64,000 nt of DNA. Origin: Somniosus microcephalus (Eukaryota). The notes beneath the pieces are model-generated. The model was not told the origin of the DNA. It worked only from the letters and a program-made list of their open reading frames with translations, and did not search any database. The DNA is taken from contig CM126207.1 of NCBI GenBank assembly GCA_052327205.1, forward strand, positions 62,868,001 to 62,932,000, given 5' to 3'. Both the position numbers and the translations under genes were made by a program. This document shows, in pieces, positions 62,533-64,000 of this stretch; within the stretch, counting starts at the first letter, position 1, and each line of letters opens with the position of its first letter.

Positions 62533-63095
62533 AAATCATTCTTGATAAGATTACTTAAGCAGTTTAAGGAAAGGGGAAAAGTTAAATATTTGGGATTCTG
62601 TTGGTTTAAGAAGAGTAAAACAAGGTTACACTGCAGTAGGAGTAAATTGGCACAGCAGGCAGTGGAAGCCAGTTTTCTAACCAATCAGCAGGGTGACTCA
62701 TTTGGCTGTAAACAAACAAACAGTATAAAAAAAAACAGTGCTAGTGCGAGCAAGCACTGAATGCGAGTCAGCAGAGAGTGCTGTGAGTTTGGGTAAGTGT
62801 GAGAGTTCTTGAATTGTTATTTCTCTTTAAATCATTCTTGATAAGATTACTTAAGCAGTTTAAGTAAAGGGGAAAAGTTAAATATTTGGGATTCTGTTGG
62901 TTTAAGAGTAAAACAAGGTTACACTGCAGTAGGAGTAAATTGGCACAGCAGGCAGTGGAAGCCAGTTTTCTAACCAATCAGCAGGGGTGACTCATTTGGC
63001 TGTAAACAAACAAACAGTATAAAAAGACCAGTGCTAGTGCGAGCAAGCACTGAGTGCGAGTCAGCAGAGAGTGCTGTGAATTTGGGTAAGTGTGA
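62533..63095 (+). repeat. About 296-bp tandem duplication (CCAAT, TATA, splice-donor-like) at the 5' end of CR1 G
   Basis: AAATCATTCTTGATAAG at about 62533 and 62829; each copy has CCAATCA, GTATAAAAA and GGGTAAGT. Confidence 0.9.
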
Positions 63096-63319
63096 GTTAG
63101 GGTAAGTGGGGTGTTAGGTGCTCTTTTCAAACTTTAACTCTGTGGGTTGCAGTTAATAAGGCCTTTCTGGTGCAGAGTGACTGTTGGTAAACCATTTAAC
63201 TGGTGTAATTAGAGGGATTGGTTTAATTTTAATCCAATTAATTAAAGGGGATACTACCATCTAAAATCGGGCAGAGGGTGTCCATAACTAACAATAAAAA
63301 ATTTAATTAATGACATAGA

Positions 63320-64000
63320 ATGGAGCAGGTGATGTGTTACTGTTGCGAGATGTGGGAGCCGGTGGACCCTATTGAGGCTCACGGTGATTACGTCTGTGAC
63401 AAGTGTCTGCTGCTACAGGAACTCCAGCTCCATGTTGATGAGCTGGAGTCTGAGCTTCAGACGCTGCGACACATCAGGGAGGGGGAGAAGTACCTGGATT
63501 CTGTGTATCAGGAGGTGGTCACACCTATGAAGTTAATTAATTCAGATGTAGCCCATGGTCAGGGACAGGATGATGTGACTACGAGTGAGGCAGGTATGGG
63601 GATCCAGGAGGTAGAGCTGGAGGAGCCGCAGTCCTTGCTCTTGTCCAACAGGTTCGAGGTTCTTACTCCCTGTGGGGACAGGAGCAGGGACTGCAGGGAG
63701 GATGAGCAACCTGGCCACAGCACCGTGGAACGAGGGGCCATTCAAGAGGGGGGAGTAAATAGAAATGTTGTAGTGGTAGGGGATAGTATTATTAGGGGAA
63801 TAGATAGAGTTCTCTGCAGCCGAGAGCGAGAGTCCCGGAGGCTGTGTTGCCTATCCGGTGCCAGGGTTAAGGACATCTCCTCTGGGCTGGAAAGAAACTT
63901 GCAGTGGGAGGGGGTGGATCCAGTTGTCGTGGTCCATGTTGGTACAAACAACGTAGATAGGACTAGGAAGCCGGTTCTGTTAAAGGAGTATGAGCAGCTA
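63320..64000 (+). CDS. CR1 G ORF1p, open to the window edge (227 codons)
   Basis: MEQVMCYCCEMW...CDKC, LSNRFEVL, VGDSIIRG, HVGTNN; no stop codon before 64000. Confidence 0.87.
   Translation, partial: MEQVMCYCCEMWEPVDPIEAHGDYVCDKCLLLQELQLHVDELESELQTLRHIREGEKYLDSVYQEVVTPMKLINSDVAHGQGQDDVTTSEAGMGIQEVELEEPQSLLLSNRFEVLTPCGDRSRDCREDEQPGHSTVERGAIQEGGVNRNVVVVGDSIIRGIDRVLCSRERESRRLCCLSGARVKDISSGLERNLQWEGVDPVVVVHVGTNNVDRTRKPVLLKEYEQL

Overview
Eukaryotic, repeat-dominated intronic DNA. The repeat repertoire (esterase-ORF1 CR1 LINEs, Deu-domain SINE, Mag-clade Gypsy, Harbinger, Penelope-type fragment) suggests a cartilaginous fish; this is an inference. Three small minus-strand exons (56815-56856, 44261-44334, 33519-33587) are missed by the ORF track. 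They splice in frame to ...(Y)FISIACILGTGILGLPGAVAHAGLQPFLVSFITGFFMQVLLIYLFVDLLQRCRLAQVEAVK..., the N-terminal helices of an amino-acid-transporter-like host protein. The introns hold a four-level nest of CR1 LINEs and Harbinger MITEs, two structurally complete Gypsy elements, one full-length Harbinger (TIR, TSD, transposase, spliced Myb-like gene), several Harbinger and Tigger-like MITEs, SINEs and an RTE-like relic. Top finding: at all five CR1 ORF1/ORF2 junctions, ORF1 ends at the slippery heptamer T-TTA-AAC (four exact, one with a single mismatch), followed by a G-rich tract. In the best-preserved copies ORF2 opens in the -1 frame at the heptamer with no AUG before the endonuclease's first motif. 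This points to retrovirus-like -1 programmed ribosomal frameshifting in a non-LTR retrotransposon. Other findings include Harbinger insertion hot spots inside CR1 ORF2, a transposon-bounded inversion, tandem TATA-monomer CR1 promoters with a shared CRE/CCAAT/splice-donor module, and a hammerhead-like relic. All coordinates were read by eye and may be off by a few bases.
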